A DNA stretch of 64,000 bases, from assembly GCF_009914755.1 (NCBI RefSeq), contig NC_060947.1, one strand, 5' to 3'. Below are positions 30,361 to 43,400 of the stretch, in pieces. Below the pieces are notes generated by a model. The model worked only from the letters and a program-made list of their open reading frames with translations, was not told the origin of the DNA and did not search any database. Positions within the stretch are counted from its first letter, which is position 1, and every line of letters starts with the position of its first letter. The DNA is from the human T2T-CHM13v2.0 reference genome, Homo sapiens. The translations under genes and the position numbers were made by a program.

Positions 30361-32533
30361 TAGAGAGTCTTTGTAAATTAGTGAATCAAAAAACATTTGT
30401 TGAATAGTTACTGTGTGTTAGGTACTACGCTAAGCTCTGAAGGTCACAAAACTGAATAAGATATCAACATTGCCTACAATGATCCCACAATCTAGTGGAG
30501 AATTCACACATGTACACAAATGATTAGGACCTGAGAGATGCTGCCATCAGAGCTGTAACAGAAGCATAAATAAAGTGTTATGGGAGTGCTGCACTGAAAA
30601 AGTGGTTTTCCTCAGTTTATTTCAGCATATAAAGACATTTCTACTTTCCATAATCTGACAGAGTTCACATTAAAAAGCCAATAAAACAGAACTGAAAAGT
30701 GCACAGTCTTGAGAAGAAAGCAAATAAAATCTACCAAATTAGATATGACAGCAAAAAAGGATTAACAAAGCCTGGACAGACCAGGAAATACACCTGCATT
30801 TCTTACAGAGAAAACCAAATAAACTTCTAAGATGCGTGCTCTGCTTTTGAGAGAGAAAGTAAAGTGACAGAGTTTCTAGGGGAAAGCTTCATTGTTGTTC
30901 ATCTCTCCTTTATACGTAATCACACTTGTACCATTTTGGCACACAGAGGAGAAAAGTATTCAGGGCCAAACATAACAGTGTTTCTAAAGCGTACTATGTT
31001 TTTTCTCCCTCCCTACTTTAGTGATAGATAAGAGTAGTCTCATTTACTGAATACTACTCTGATCCAGAGGTTTTCATATATTATCCCATTTAATTCTCCA
31101 CATTCCCCATGACATCATCCTCATGTATACAAATGAAGACTCTTAAATTCAGAGAGGTTAAGACACCTTGTTGCATAATCTAGAACTCACAAGATTTTCC
31201 CTTTTTCCAGAGACAAATCCTGAGTCCCATCTTTATTGTATTTCTGAAACAATATCTAGTTTCACGCAGCAGCCTGGAAGCTGTCTCTAACTAAGAAAAC
31301 ATTGATCTGAATTTCAATTGCCGTAATTATTTTACATAAATAAAATAAGAGTAAGTTATGTGATTTTATTTTTTACTCTTTGGAGTTAGAATTTTTGATA
31401 GCACTCTAATAAAACAAATCAGATGACATTTCTATGTAAAATATACAAATGTATATTCCAAGTCCACTGATAGTTCCCGAAATGTATTTTGTACAGCTCT
31501 GTAAGGCTTTCTATACATGGTAAAATGGAGATCTGAAGCAATTATTAATATCAGTCTAATCAAAATCGTTTTTGCCACAATTTTTGCAGACTTCATATGA
31601 ACCACTTTAGTTCCTAAATAACCCAGGCATTTTTAAAAAAAATTTTTTGAAGTGCAGGGAGATACAGTTAACTATAAATCATTAATTACACACCTAAAGA
31701 GCCACTAGGTTAATAGCAAATCAATGGCTCTTGCTCTTTATATCTGCACTGAGAACAGTACATATGTTCTATACCATTACTACAAACACTTTCAAATAAA
31801 ACTAGGTCATCTTCACAGCCATTTTTTTTTGTCTTTGCTTATAGTAAGGTCTTTTTGTTCTGCTTCTTTAAAAAAATTGTCAATGATTCATTTTATTTAC
31901 AATGAAATCTTCTTATATAAGATTTTTCTACTCCAACTGAACTGTACTGTGAGTGAAAAGGCATTAATTAGACTCAGATTTTCCATTTGTAGTTTTAGAG
32001 GAAGTAGAACACTTTGGGACTCTCCCCTTTTCTTTTACTGAAACAGGAGTGTTTAGGGCCATTATAAGCAAATGAGGGTGCCACTCTGCATTTAGCACTT
32101 GGAAAGCTTTTCATATCTCATGCTGCTTGCAAAGCCTTATATTTGCATTTTAAAAATTTAAATACAAGTAACCACACTCTTGACTATTATGTCCTGTGTA
32201 TCAGAGCCAATCTGTGTAAATGGCAATGCTGTTTGCAAAATGAAAGAATTAAATTTACCTGACAACCTGGGCAAATGTCACTGGTTACCCCACTGGCCAG
32301 GATGGAAGAACTTGACTGTCTATACCACTGAGCAAATCCTATATGAAATAAAGTGATATACAGTACTGTTACCTTAATTTATTAATGGGGTTGGATGAGA
32401 AGAAATGGAAATTATAAAGTTTTGGTTAAAAATAATTGTTAACTTATGCCTTGCCTGCCAGGATGAGACTAGATTATGTAAAGACATGTAGAGTTGGTAA
32501 CATTAAATGAATTAGAAATACAGTATTGAAAAA

Positions 32534-32750
32534 GGGGCCTGTTGTGGGGTGGGGAGAGGGGGGAGGGATAGCATTAGGAGATATACCTAATGTTAAATGA
32601 CGCGTTAATGGGTGCAGCACACCAACATGGCACATGCATACATATGTAATTAACCTGCATGTTGTGCACATGTACCCTAAAACTTAAAGTATAATAAAAA
32701 AAATACAAATAATAAAAACAATTAGAAGTAAAACCAAAAAAAAAAAAGAA
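32534..32750 (+). mobile_element. Very short L1PA3/4-like 3' end with A-rich tail
   Basis: ggggcctgttgtggggtgggg...taccctaaaacttaaagtataataaaa. No clean TSD found. Confidence 0.95.
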
Positions 32751-33206
32751 AAGTTAAGTGAGATGGAGATTTTTTTAAAATGTCCTGCAAAGGCATCCAA
32801 CATATTCCTTAACACATTTATTTATATGTGTGTGTTGCGGGGAAGGCCCCTAAATGCCAATAGTTTATACTAGATAGCATATTTCATCTCTATTCCTGTT
32901 GACAGCAACAGATGAAATGATCTGATGGTTTTGACAAAGTAAACATAAAATTCAATGAATAGAGAAAGACAAACGATCAGAAAAGAATAAAAACCAAAAG
33001 AAACTTCCAGATAGCTAGAGGCAGAAAAGGAAGAACTTGTAGTTTTAATAGCAGAGCAGATGAAAGAGGTTGTATGACTAATAGAGGCAGAAGCTTCATA
33101 GGAGGAGACAACAAAGACAGAGTAAATAGAAGGGAGTCTAGAAACACCACCCCCATACAGACTTGTAGGAAGCTTAGGAACCTAAGTGAAAAAGAAACCT
33201 TACTTT

Positions 33207-34270
33207 AGAACAACTGACCAGTGATGATGAGCATTTTTTCATGTGTCTGTTGGCTGCATAAATGCAAATCAAAACTACAATGAGATATCATCTCACACCA
33301 GTTAGAATGGCGACCATTAAAAAGTCAGGAAACAACAGGTGCTGGAGAGGATGTGGAGAAATAGGAACGCTTTTACATTGTTGGTGGGACTGTAAACTAG
33401 TTCAACCATGGTGGAAGACAGTGTGGCAATTCCTCAAGGATCTAGAACTAGAAATATCATTTGACCCAGCAGTCCCATTACTGGGTATATACTCAAAGGA
33501 CTATAAATCATGCTGCTATAAAGACATATGCACACGTATGTTTATTAAGGCACTACTCACAATAGCAAAGACTTGGAACCAACCCTAATGTCCAACAATG
33601 ATAGACTGGATTAAGAAAATGTGGCACATACACACCATGGAATACTATGCAGCCATAAAAAATGATGAGTTCATGTCCTTTGTAGGGACATGGATGAAGC
33701 TGGAAACCATCATTCTCAGCAAACTATCACAAGGACAAAAAACCAAACACCACATGTTCTCAGTCATAGGTGGGAACTGAACAATGAGAACACATGGACA
33801 CAGGAAGGGGAACATCATACACCGGGGCCTGTTGTGGGGTGGGGGGAGGGGGAAGGGATAGCATTAGGAGATATACCTAATGTTAAATGAAGAGTTAATG
33901 GGTGCAGCACATCAACATGGCACATTTATACATATGTAACAAACCTGCACGTTGTGCACATGTACCCTAAAACTTAAAGTATAATTAAAAAATAAAATAA
34001 AATAAAAATAAATAAAAAAAGAAAAAAGAAAAAAAAAGAAAATGTGGCACATATACACCATGGAATACTATGCAGCCATAAAAAATGAGTTCATGTCCTT
34101 TGTAGGGACATGGATGAAGCTAGAAACCATCATTCTCAGCAAACTATTGCAAGGACAAAAAAACCAAACACCACATGTTCTCGCTCATAGGTGGGAATTG
34201 CACAATGAGAACACTTGGACACAGGGTGGGGAACATCATACACCGGGGCCTATAAAAGAACAACTGACCA
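33207..34270 (+). mobile_element. Composite L1PA: 5' inversion, 3' end with poly(A), then a second L1 segment, all inside a 14-bp TSD
   Basis: TSD agaacaactgacca at 33207-33220 and 34257-34270. Inverted piece 33215-33264, forward L1 33260-~34035, repeated L1 segment ~34036-34251. Confidence 0.95.
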
Positions 34271-34509
34271 AAGAGCAGCACTGCAATACAAGCAAAGAAA
34301 GAACTATTTAGGAAATAAACAAAAACAAAATTGTGCAAAGGAGGAAGTACTAAACAAGAAACCAGGAGACCTGTTGTGGCTCCTTGTACCACCAAACTTT
34401 TGTTGAGTGTTAACTAAAGGCAGGATATTGTGGGAAACAGGGTGAGAGACACTGAGATAAGGGAAAACAGAGTCTCTGTTGTTCACTCTGGTGAGGATGC
34501 TTGTCCCTT

Positions 34510-37270
34510 TCTCTGGAATTCTTTGCTCTGAAATCTACTTTGTCTGATATTAATACATCCACTGAGCTATCAATTGATTAGCATGTTATATTGTTAGCAA
34601 GGTGTTCCTTTCATATCACTTCGTTATAATCTATTTGTGTCCTTATATTTAAAATGTATTTCTTATAGGCAGCATACAGTGGTTGAGTCTTGCCTTCTTA
34701 TCCAGTCTAACAATATTCATCTTTAAATTGTAGTGCTTGAAATATCACCATTCAATGTGATAATGTGATATCTTTAGGTTTGAGTCTGTCATCTTGCTAT
34801 TTCTTCTCCATTTGTTCATCCATTCTTCGTTTTCTTTCTCTTTTTCTGCCCTCCTTTGGATTCACTGAATATTTTTAATGATTCTATTTTACCTTCTTTT
34901 TTGGCTTCATATTCAATTCTTTTCATTATTTTAGTGATTGATTTACATTTTGTATCATACATCTTTGAACTTAACACAGTCTATTATCAGGTAATATGTC
35001 ACTTTGTGTAGAACGTAATAACTTTTTAATTACATACCTCCTGATCTTTGTGTTAGTGTCATACATTTTACTTTTATATATGTTATAAACTCCACAGTAC
35101 ATTTTGTTATTATTTTTGTTTAAATTGTTATATTTAAAAGATATTTGAATAATTGAAAAACATTTTCTATTTACCTGTGTAGTTGCCATTTCTGCTGCTC
35201 TTCATTCTTTGTGGAGATACAGATTTCCATCTAGTATCATATGTTTTTCTGCTTGCAGTACTTCCTTCAATATTTCTTAGAGTGAGCATCTGCTGGGGAT
35301 GAATTATTTGAACTTTTGTATATCTGAAAGAGCATCTTGCCTTAATTTTTGAAAGCTATTTTCACTGGACATAGAGATCTAGATCATCATGTTGTTGTTA
35401 TATTTTTTCTTTTTGTAGTTTAAATATGTTTTCCTGCCGTCTTCTTGCTTTTATGATTTTTGATTAGAAATCTGCTGCCATCCTTACATTTGCTCCTCTG
35501 TATATAATGTATGTTTTTCCCTTTGGCTAGTTTCAAGATTCTCTCTTTATCACTGACTTTAAGCAATTTGATTATGATACATGTTAGTGTTTTCTAACTG
35601 CTCCTTGTGCTTGAGATTTGCTGAACGTCTTGGACCTGAGTGCTTATGCTTTTCATCAAATTTGAAACACTTTTGGCTATTATTTCTTCAAATGTTTTTG
35701 GCTATTATTTCTTCAAATGCTCATTCAGAGACTCTAATTATATGTGTGTTAGGCTGCCTAAAGTGGTCTTACAACTCACTGATACGGTGTTCTTTATTAT
35801 ATTATTATTTTTCTTGCTGTGTTTTATTTTAGATAGTTACTATTGCTATGTCTTCAAGTTCACAATTTTTTTTTTTGCTTCTGCAATTTCTGTCATTAAT
35901 CCCACTTAGTGCATTTTAAAGCCCAGAGAGCTGTTTTCATTTCTAGAAGTTCAATTTGGATCTATTTTTTTTTACTTGCCATGTCTCTAAGTTTTTGAAC
36001 ATAGTTCAAATGTGGTTATATAGGAATATAGCTATAACAACTATTTTAATGCCTGATATGGTTTGGCTGTGTCCTCCAGCCAAATCTCATCTTGAACTGT
36101 TGTTCCCGTAATCCCCATGTGTCATGGGAGGAACCCGGTGGGAGGTAATTGTATCATGGGGGCAGTTACCCCCATACTGTTTTCATGATAGTGAGTGAGT
36201 TTTCGTGAGATCTGATGGTTTTATAAGGGGATTTTTCCCTATTTGCTCGGCACTTTTCCTTCCTGCCGCCCTTTGAAGAAGATGCCTCTCTTCCCCTTCA
36301 TCTTCTGCCATGATTTTAAGGTTCCTGAGTCTTTCCCAGCCATGCGGAACTGTGAGTCAATTAAACCTCTTTTCTTTATAAATTACCCAGTCTTGGGTAT
36401 TTCTTCATAGCAGCAAGAGAATAGATTAACACAATGCCTTTGCCTGTGAATTGTACTATCTGTGTCAATTCTGGTTCAGATTTGATTGACTGATTTTACC
36501 ATTTTCAATGGTGGTGTCCTATTTTTTGTATGGCTGGTAATTTTTTAGTGGATGCCATGCATTGTAATTTCTTCTTGTTGACTGCTTGATATATTTGTAT
36601 TTCTATAAATCTTCTTGAAGTTTATTTTGGAATGTAGTTACATTACCTGAAAATAGTCTGATGCTTGAGAGGGTCTTTCTCTCAAGATTTGTTAGGTAGA
36701 ATCAGAGCAGTGGTCAGTCTAGGGATACTTACTTACCACTGTGCAGTCAAAACCCTTATGTTTATTCTACCCAAGGCTTTATAAATCTTGAGGTTTTACA
36801 GCCTACCTAGTAGAACTGGCACTATTCCCAGCTAGTGTTTTCAGATGTTTCTTTCCCTCAGCTTGGGTAATTTTTTCATACATGAGTGTGGATCAGTATT
36901 CATCTGAATACTCAGTGTGGGCCCTCTGTAAATGTCTAGTTCTCTCTGTACACAGCTCCTTAGTTTTCATTACTCTGTGCTGTGAACTCTAGCTGTCTTG
37001 GTCTCCCTGGAATTCCAGCTCCATCTTCTCAACACAGAGAGTTAGTTCATTAGGCTCTGCCTAGGTTGCTTCTCCCTGCAGCATGACTTGGAGCTCTCTC
37101 TAGGCAGTAATTTTGGACAATCATAGGGGTCACCTTAGTTGCCTCAGGGACCACTCTGTTGTCTGATATCCAGTCTCATACAAACCACTATTTTATTTAT
37201 TTTGTCAATTGTTTTATTGTTTCAAGTGGAAGTATCAATCTGGTCCCTGTTATCCCATCTTTTCCTGAGA
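34510..37270 (-). mobile_element. Ancient L1M 5'/ORF1/inter-ORF region, interrupted by a THE1 LTR
   Basis: T-rich antisense L1M motifs (ctactttgtctgatattaat; ttctctctttatcactg; tttctagaagttcaatttgg). A 25-bp tandem duplication lies near 35670-35720. Confidence 0.75.
36054..36433 (+). mobile_element. THE1 solo LTR (MaLR)
   Basis: Starts tgatatggtttggctgtgtcc, contains ctgtgagtcaattaaacctctttt, ends ttaacaca (TG...CA). 5-bp TSD atgcc at 36049-36053 and 36434-36438. Confidence 0.95.
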
Positions 37271-38726
37271 CAGAAGTCTTTCCCCCTCCCTTTTCTAAAA
37301 AAAAATTAAGAACACAATATTCTTGAGGAAGTGGTACTGAGAAAAGCTGCAATTACTCAGCCATCAATTAAAACCTAAGATCTGATTCTACCTACTTTAG
37401 ATATCAGAATAAGCCTGCAAATACATAAAACAACAGAAGAGAGTAGCCACTGCTGCTTGAGAGGGTAATAATTTACAAGTGCTGACAGCATTGTTCTTTT
37501 CTTTGCTTCTGTATGTAAGCCATTTATCCATGATATTATCCACTAATTTGGAAGGTCTTTTGTTTGAGACTGAGACAGACCTAATACAGATGGGAAGGCC
37601 TTATCAATTATAACTATCACCCCCTGCACGTGTATAGATTTATATATTTTTAAAGGCTTTCATAGTCATTCACATCTCATTTGACTCTTAATGTGTCTGT
37701 AAGGCACAAGAAGATTAGATATCTTTATACTCATTCACAAAGAGATTAAATGATCTGCCTGATCACATCACTAGCTACTGTCAAAAAAATGACTGGCACT
37801 CAAGCCACTCAATTCCCAGTCCATGGCTCTGGCCTCAGACCGTATACCTTACTAATGCTCTGTAAATACAGGATTGGTATATCTGGGCTAAGTCAGAGAG
37901 GGGTCTGCCTATTAAATAGGAAGTTGAACAAAGCAGAGACTAGGACAGCCACTGTAGCAGCAATGCCTTGCAAATATAAGGGAGCGATTCTCTCCTAATA
38001 TATTTTAATATAATGCAAAATCTCAGTCCCCAGCTGGATGTGAAAGCTTGTTTTCCTCCCTCTTAGCCACCATGCATTATTCATGTGAAGTGACCTCACT
38101 TACATGTTACAGGCAGATTGTGATGACAGAAGCTCCTTTGGTGCTGGCATACAGAAGGCCTGCTTTCCTGTTGCTCTAACTTGGTCTACTTTCCCTGCTT
38201 TATATGCTGTCACTGGAACTGTCACTCTCCTGTGCTAATGAGCTAAAATGAGTGTTTAATCACTGCAGTTATTCCTCATTTTCAGCAAAGCTCTTATGTA
38301 CTCAGCCTTTGTCTTCTGTCTTCACAAGGAATGCTGTTTAATTCCCTGAACCCAAAGGTTCCATTCCTCATTGTCCTGCCCTGAAGGCTCTGCCAGATGT
38401 CTAATTGAGTTTCTGGAGATGGTCACAGGCTGACTGATTGATTTCTGCATTAATGGGTAACTGCTCCTACCTGACTCACCCAAGTCTGTGCTCCTGGACT
38501 TGAACCAATAGGAAGTCCGATAGGATTACCTCAGAACCAAATCCTTGCCTTTTTTTTTTCATCCTTCCTATCCCATATCTCTATTTCTCTCAAAACAAGG
38601 ATGATTACGCAACAAAACATCTAAATATCCTTATAGTATCATAAAAATGTCCAGCTGCCAAAGAAGTCATATTGTGAAAAAAATTCTTAAGAGGAAGTAG
38701 AAAATGATTGATGAAAACAAGTTCTT

Positions 38727-39020
38727 GGCTGGGAGTGGTAGCTTATGCCTGTAATCCCATCACCTTGAGAGGTCAAAGTGGACAGACTGCTTGAGCTCAG
38801 GAGTTCAAGACCAGCCTGGGCAATATGATGAAACTCCATCTCTACAAAAAATACAAAATTTAGCTAGGAATGGTGGCACATCCCTGTGTTCCCAACTACT
38901 CTGAAGGCTGAGGTGAGAGGATCACTTGACCACAGAAGGCAGAGGTTACAGTGGGCTGAAATCACACCACTGCACTCCAGACTGGGCAACAGAGCCAGAC
39001 TTTGAAAAAAAAAAAAAAAG
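38727..39020 (+). mobile_element. AluJ-like element
   Basis: Dimeric Alu with the J-type gcttgagctcaggagttcaagacc. Probable partial TSD gaaaacaag at 38713-38721 and 39195-39203. Confidence 0.93.
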
Positions 39021-39199
39021 AAGGAAAGAAAGAGAGAGAGAGAGGGAGGGAGGGAGGGAAAGAAAGAAAGAAAAAGAAAGAAAGAGGGAAAGAGAGAAAG
39101 AAAGAGAGAGAAAGAGAGAAAGAGAAGAAAGAAAGAAAGAGAAAGAAAGAAAGAAAAAGAAAGGAAGGAAGGAAGGAAGGAAGGAAAGAAAAGAGAAAA
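39004..39199. repeat. Pure-purine (GAAA/GGAA/GA)n tract grown from the Alu tail
   Basis: About 195 nt containing only A and G. Confidence 0.95.
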
Positions 39200-39846
39200 C
39201 AAGCCAAAAACTGAATATTGTTAAAGAAAAAATGTATTCGAGGATTGTCCTGGGAAGAATTCAATATTAATAACCACTGGATGGATGGACTAAAAGATGT
39301 ACAAGACAGGAACTCTGAAGAACGCTATGTTAATTGTTCCCCAAATAATAATATTCTAATTATTTTAGTGGGGTTCCAACGCTGAGAATACATGTAAATG
39401 ATTCACCCATAAATTTAAAAAATACACCTTGTCCTAAAAAATACTATAAAGCAAGGCAACATAATTTGCTTTATGCAAAACAATGAGGAAAAATCATAAT
39501 TACATACTACTAAAAACTGTCTGCAGCATTGTTTGGTAGGAGCAGACAAGCAGCTCCTACTCAAGGGATTCTTTTGCTAGTTTTTAAAGACTGAACACAA
39601 AACAACTAGGTTACAAGTTCAAGACTTCAGAGCCCATATCTCACACTCATTCTTCTTCATCTTGGTTTCCACAGCTGTAACTGAAGGACTCCCTTGTTTG
39701 GCTCTTCTCATCTGGACGAACATTTGGGGAGTGACTACAATAATTTTTTAAAAGGAGGAGCACATTAAAATCTGCTTTAAGAAATAAGATAGCAGGATCC
39801 TATCTCAGTTCTACAGCATCTAAATTTCTGAGAATGGGGTTCAGAT

Positions 39847-39905
39847 TGTTTTTTGTTTTTTTGTTTTGTTTTGTTTTTTGTTTTTTGTTTTTTTGTTTCT
39901 TTTTG
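39847..39905. repeat. (T4-6 G)n low-complexity tract
   Basis: Read directly. Confidence 0.9.
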
Positions 39906-39987
39906 CAAGCAACACATGATTAAGATGTGCATCTCCATTAAGAACTTTTAGATAAGGGATATTTGAAGAAATTAGGTGATTAAGTTT

Positions 39988-40477
39988 GTAATAGTTTCCT
40001 ATTGTTGCTGCAACAAATTATCACAAGCTTAGTGACTTAACAACAGCACGAGAGCATTATCTAATAGTTCTGGAGGTCAGAAGTCCAAAATGGGTCTTGT
40101 TGGGCTAAAACCAAGGTTTCAGCAGAGCTGTATTCCTTTTTGGAGGTTCTAGGGGATAACTGCTTACCTTTTTCCAGCTTCTAGAGGCTGCCTGTATGCC
40201 TTTCCTTTTGGTCCACTTCTATCTTCAAAGCCAGCAATGTGTGGTGAAGTCTTTTTATGAAGCCATCTCTCCGATTCTGCTTCTTTTGCTTCCCTTTTCC
40301 TCATTTAAAGATCCTTTTGATGACACTGGGCCCACCCAGAAAATCCAGGAAAATCTCTTTGAGGTCATCTGGTTAGCAATGCGAATCCCACCTGCAACCT
40401 TTATTCCCTCTTCCTATGTAGGTTCTGAGGATTAGGATGTGGACATGTTTGGGGAATCATTATTCTGACTTCCACAG
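39988..40477 (-). mobile_element. MLT1C/D-type MaLR LTR
   Basis: agtttcctattgttgctgcaacaaattatcacaagcttagtg...gaggattaggatgtggacat...ccaca. Confidence 0.85.
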
Positions 40478-43400
40478 AGTTGATCCATTTCAACTATTTC
40501 ATTTGGCAAATGAGTCAAAAGAGATACAAATCAGTAGAAAGACTTGACTAGTTAGTGGTATTAATGGCCTCAAAAATACCCTTCCCTTTACATCACCCCT
40601 GAATCTAAGAGCCGAATTCTGTCAATTTGGCAGCTATGAATCTAAAACCAATTGACACTGCCCTTCTCCTTAGTTCAGGCCCACCTTGTCACACCTCACC
40701 CTGAGCCCTGATGTTCCACAGGTCATGCAGATCTGCAAAAGTTATGCTGCCCTTTCCAGCAGCCAGTCAAAGGCAACAAGGACGTAGCCACCAATGTAAG
40801 TCAAGCCACTCCCAGAGTCCCAGTGGAATTTGAAATGAGTCCCATTTGCCCTATACTTTAAGAGTACATCCTGTTGGCTTTCTGTGTTCTCTGAGGGTAC
40901 AAGATGTGAAAGGAAGTTCTGCTCATTATCCCCAAACCATTGCCTGGCCCCTGCTGCATGGTTTGCTCTGACAGAGGTCATCAATATCCCAGAAAAAGAA
41001 TCTCACTCTTATTCCCGTACCCCAATCAATTTTTCAGAATGATACAAGATGGAAATCTGGAATTGACTCAGTTTATACCTTCATAACATTGAAATTGCAT
41101 CCTTGTTCTTGATTTCTCTCTTCAGTTTTTCCCATCTTCCCACTGACTCTTCTCAGCTTAGCCCTCCTTTAACTTGCCATTTCTCCTCCAGACCAGAATA
41201 GGGCCTTGCCTAAATGGAACCTCTTTCAATACTTCTTGAATGAATTAATGAATGTGTGAATGAATGAATGAGCTATTGAAATAGCCTTATTATTGGGCTC
41301 CTCTGTCTCCAGTCTCTCTTTCCAAACACATCCTTAATACTTATGCCAGAATGAGCCTCTCAAACCAAGTATCAAATTGAGTCCTTTCACAGATCCCAGT
41401 GTCTTGCCATATAAAGCCCATTTTCCTTAGCCTAGCATTTGAGGCCATCCAAAATTAAACCCCTGACTAGCTTTGTCTCCTACTGCGCTACCTCTCCTCA
41501 AATGTATTCAACCCCTTATATCTCCATTCTGTAGCTACATCTCATACTCTTCAATCCCTGAGTGTAATGTATTATTTATGCCTTGCTGCATCACTCTTTA
41601 TGTTTTGCACAACTTAGAATATATATATCTCTGTCTCTTCCATTCTCCAAACCAAAGCCTCGAGAGTTCTTCAAGTTCTAGCATTTGAACTATTTCCTTC
41701 ATGAATTCTTCGCAGACCACTCTGCAGGCTCCTGTCCATTCTGCAGGTCTTATTCACTTATATCTTCCACAGGGCTTTGTGCTAGGTATAGACTAATATA
41801 TGTTTGCTAAATAATTGCCAATTTTATAAGAGAGTGGTCTTTCCATGTTATTATGATTGAGTGGTCTAAAGAGATTTATTTGGCATTATATTGCCCCAAA
41901 ATAGTATTTGATATATTTTAGAGAGGGCTTTTTCAGAAGAAGAAATCTTTCCAGTCAACTACTAGTTAATCAGAAAAGCCAATTAACCAAAAGATCCATT
42001 TCTTGCTCTCAATTATACACACCAATGGAGGGAAGCAGTGAGACAGATGATCTAAACGAGTAGATAATCAAAAATTCTGCCCATTGGCTTGCAGACTCTC
42101 CCCCCATCTTCCCTTTCACTGCCTACTGCGTTTCACCCCCCTGGCCTCTAGCAGACTCATTATCCTGATTCTGTTTTGCTTGGACTATGCAAAAATCAGT
42201 TTGAATTCTCTGTACACAAATTCATTCACCATTAACCTAAATTGTAATGGCCACCTCCTATCTGCCAGCCACTTAGATAGGCCCTAGATGGAAGAAGAGA
42301 GAAAGAGACATATCATACATGGTTCCTGCCAGGAAATAATTTATAATTTTTGAACAAAAGGAGTTTGCAATCTGGTTCAACACAGAATGTTTTCAGTCCC
42401 AACATACTTAAGAGATTTGAAACACCCTCATCTGTTGCAATGTGATGCAAAACCACAGAGACATGAAATAGCATGGCATACTAAAAGAAAGTTAAAATTA
42501 CAAAGTCAAGATGGATTTGTAGCCTGGATAGTGTACCAAGGGAAGTTAGAGGTGGAATATATGGGGTAGGGGAGAGTTCAGGGATAGAATAAACAAGACT
42601 AAAAGCCTGGTTAAAGCCAGATTTGTGAAGAGCCTGGTAAGCCAAGCTAAGGGATTCGGACTTGATCCTTGAGGCAATAGTGAACTGGCAAAGGGAATGA
42701 CATTGCTTGATGGCAGTGGTGGCTGCAGAGTCATGGAAAGGATCCAGCAGCCTGGGTTAATCATCTGAACCACAAAACAAATAATCCACCGAGGAAAAAA
42801 CTAAATCTGGGCATTTAAAGGTATGATTCCCTATTCAAGATAATTTTATTTTTTGGAATTCCTACTGGCTAAGAATTCAGACTTGATATCTCTATGAAAC
42901 AACAAACAAGTGCCTAGCTCAGTGACACCAAATTTAATAGAGAAATTAGGCTTAACACATGTTAAGCAACAACCAGCGCTGAGCTATAAAAGGCCCACTG
43001 AGGAAGTTTGTCTCCCTGGTGCTCACCATAAGTAAAGTAATATCCTATACTCTGGAAATTGAAAGAAAGGCATGTTCAAAATCCCCTGCTTAAAACCCTC
43101 AAGTGGCTCCCTGTTGCAATTGGGATTAAATCTAAACTCATTAATTAAGGCCAAAAAGCTTTCCATGATTTAGCCCCCACCTTCCTTTGCCAGCCTTCAC
43201 TGGTAATAATCCTTGACACAAACCACGTACTGCAGCTGAATGATCTCCTGAACATCTCGCTAGAGAAATGCCAAACTTAGTCTGACCATAGACTTGCTCT
43301 GTAATCTGGATAGTTTTTATTTTTCTCCCAGGAAAGCTGTGTGGTTTCCTATGATGACCAATTTTTAAAGTAGCCTTTAAAATTGCAAACTCTGAGAATC

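Noticed and set aside
32534-32700. Fragment as the displaced missing end of the 34036-34251 L1 segment
   Set aside because: The breakpoints coincide, but this fragment has younger-type diagnostics (aatgttaaatg, ccctaaaac) while 34036-34251 looks older.
34245-34256. Missing 3'UTR explained by GT-AG splicing
   Set aside because: A splice would give ggggccttataa, but the sequence has a single t. The splice sites are also poor, so a deletion is more likely.
38864-39270. Lys/Glu/Arg-rich and Phe/Leu/Ser-rich ORFs
   Set aside because: They are translations of the Alu tail and purine microsatellite.
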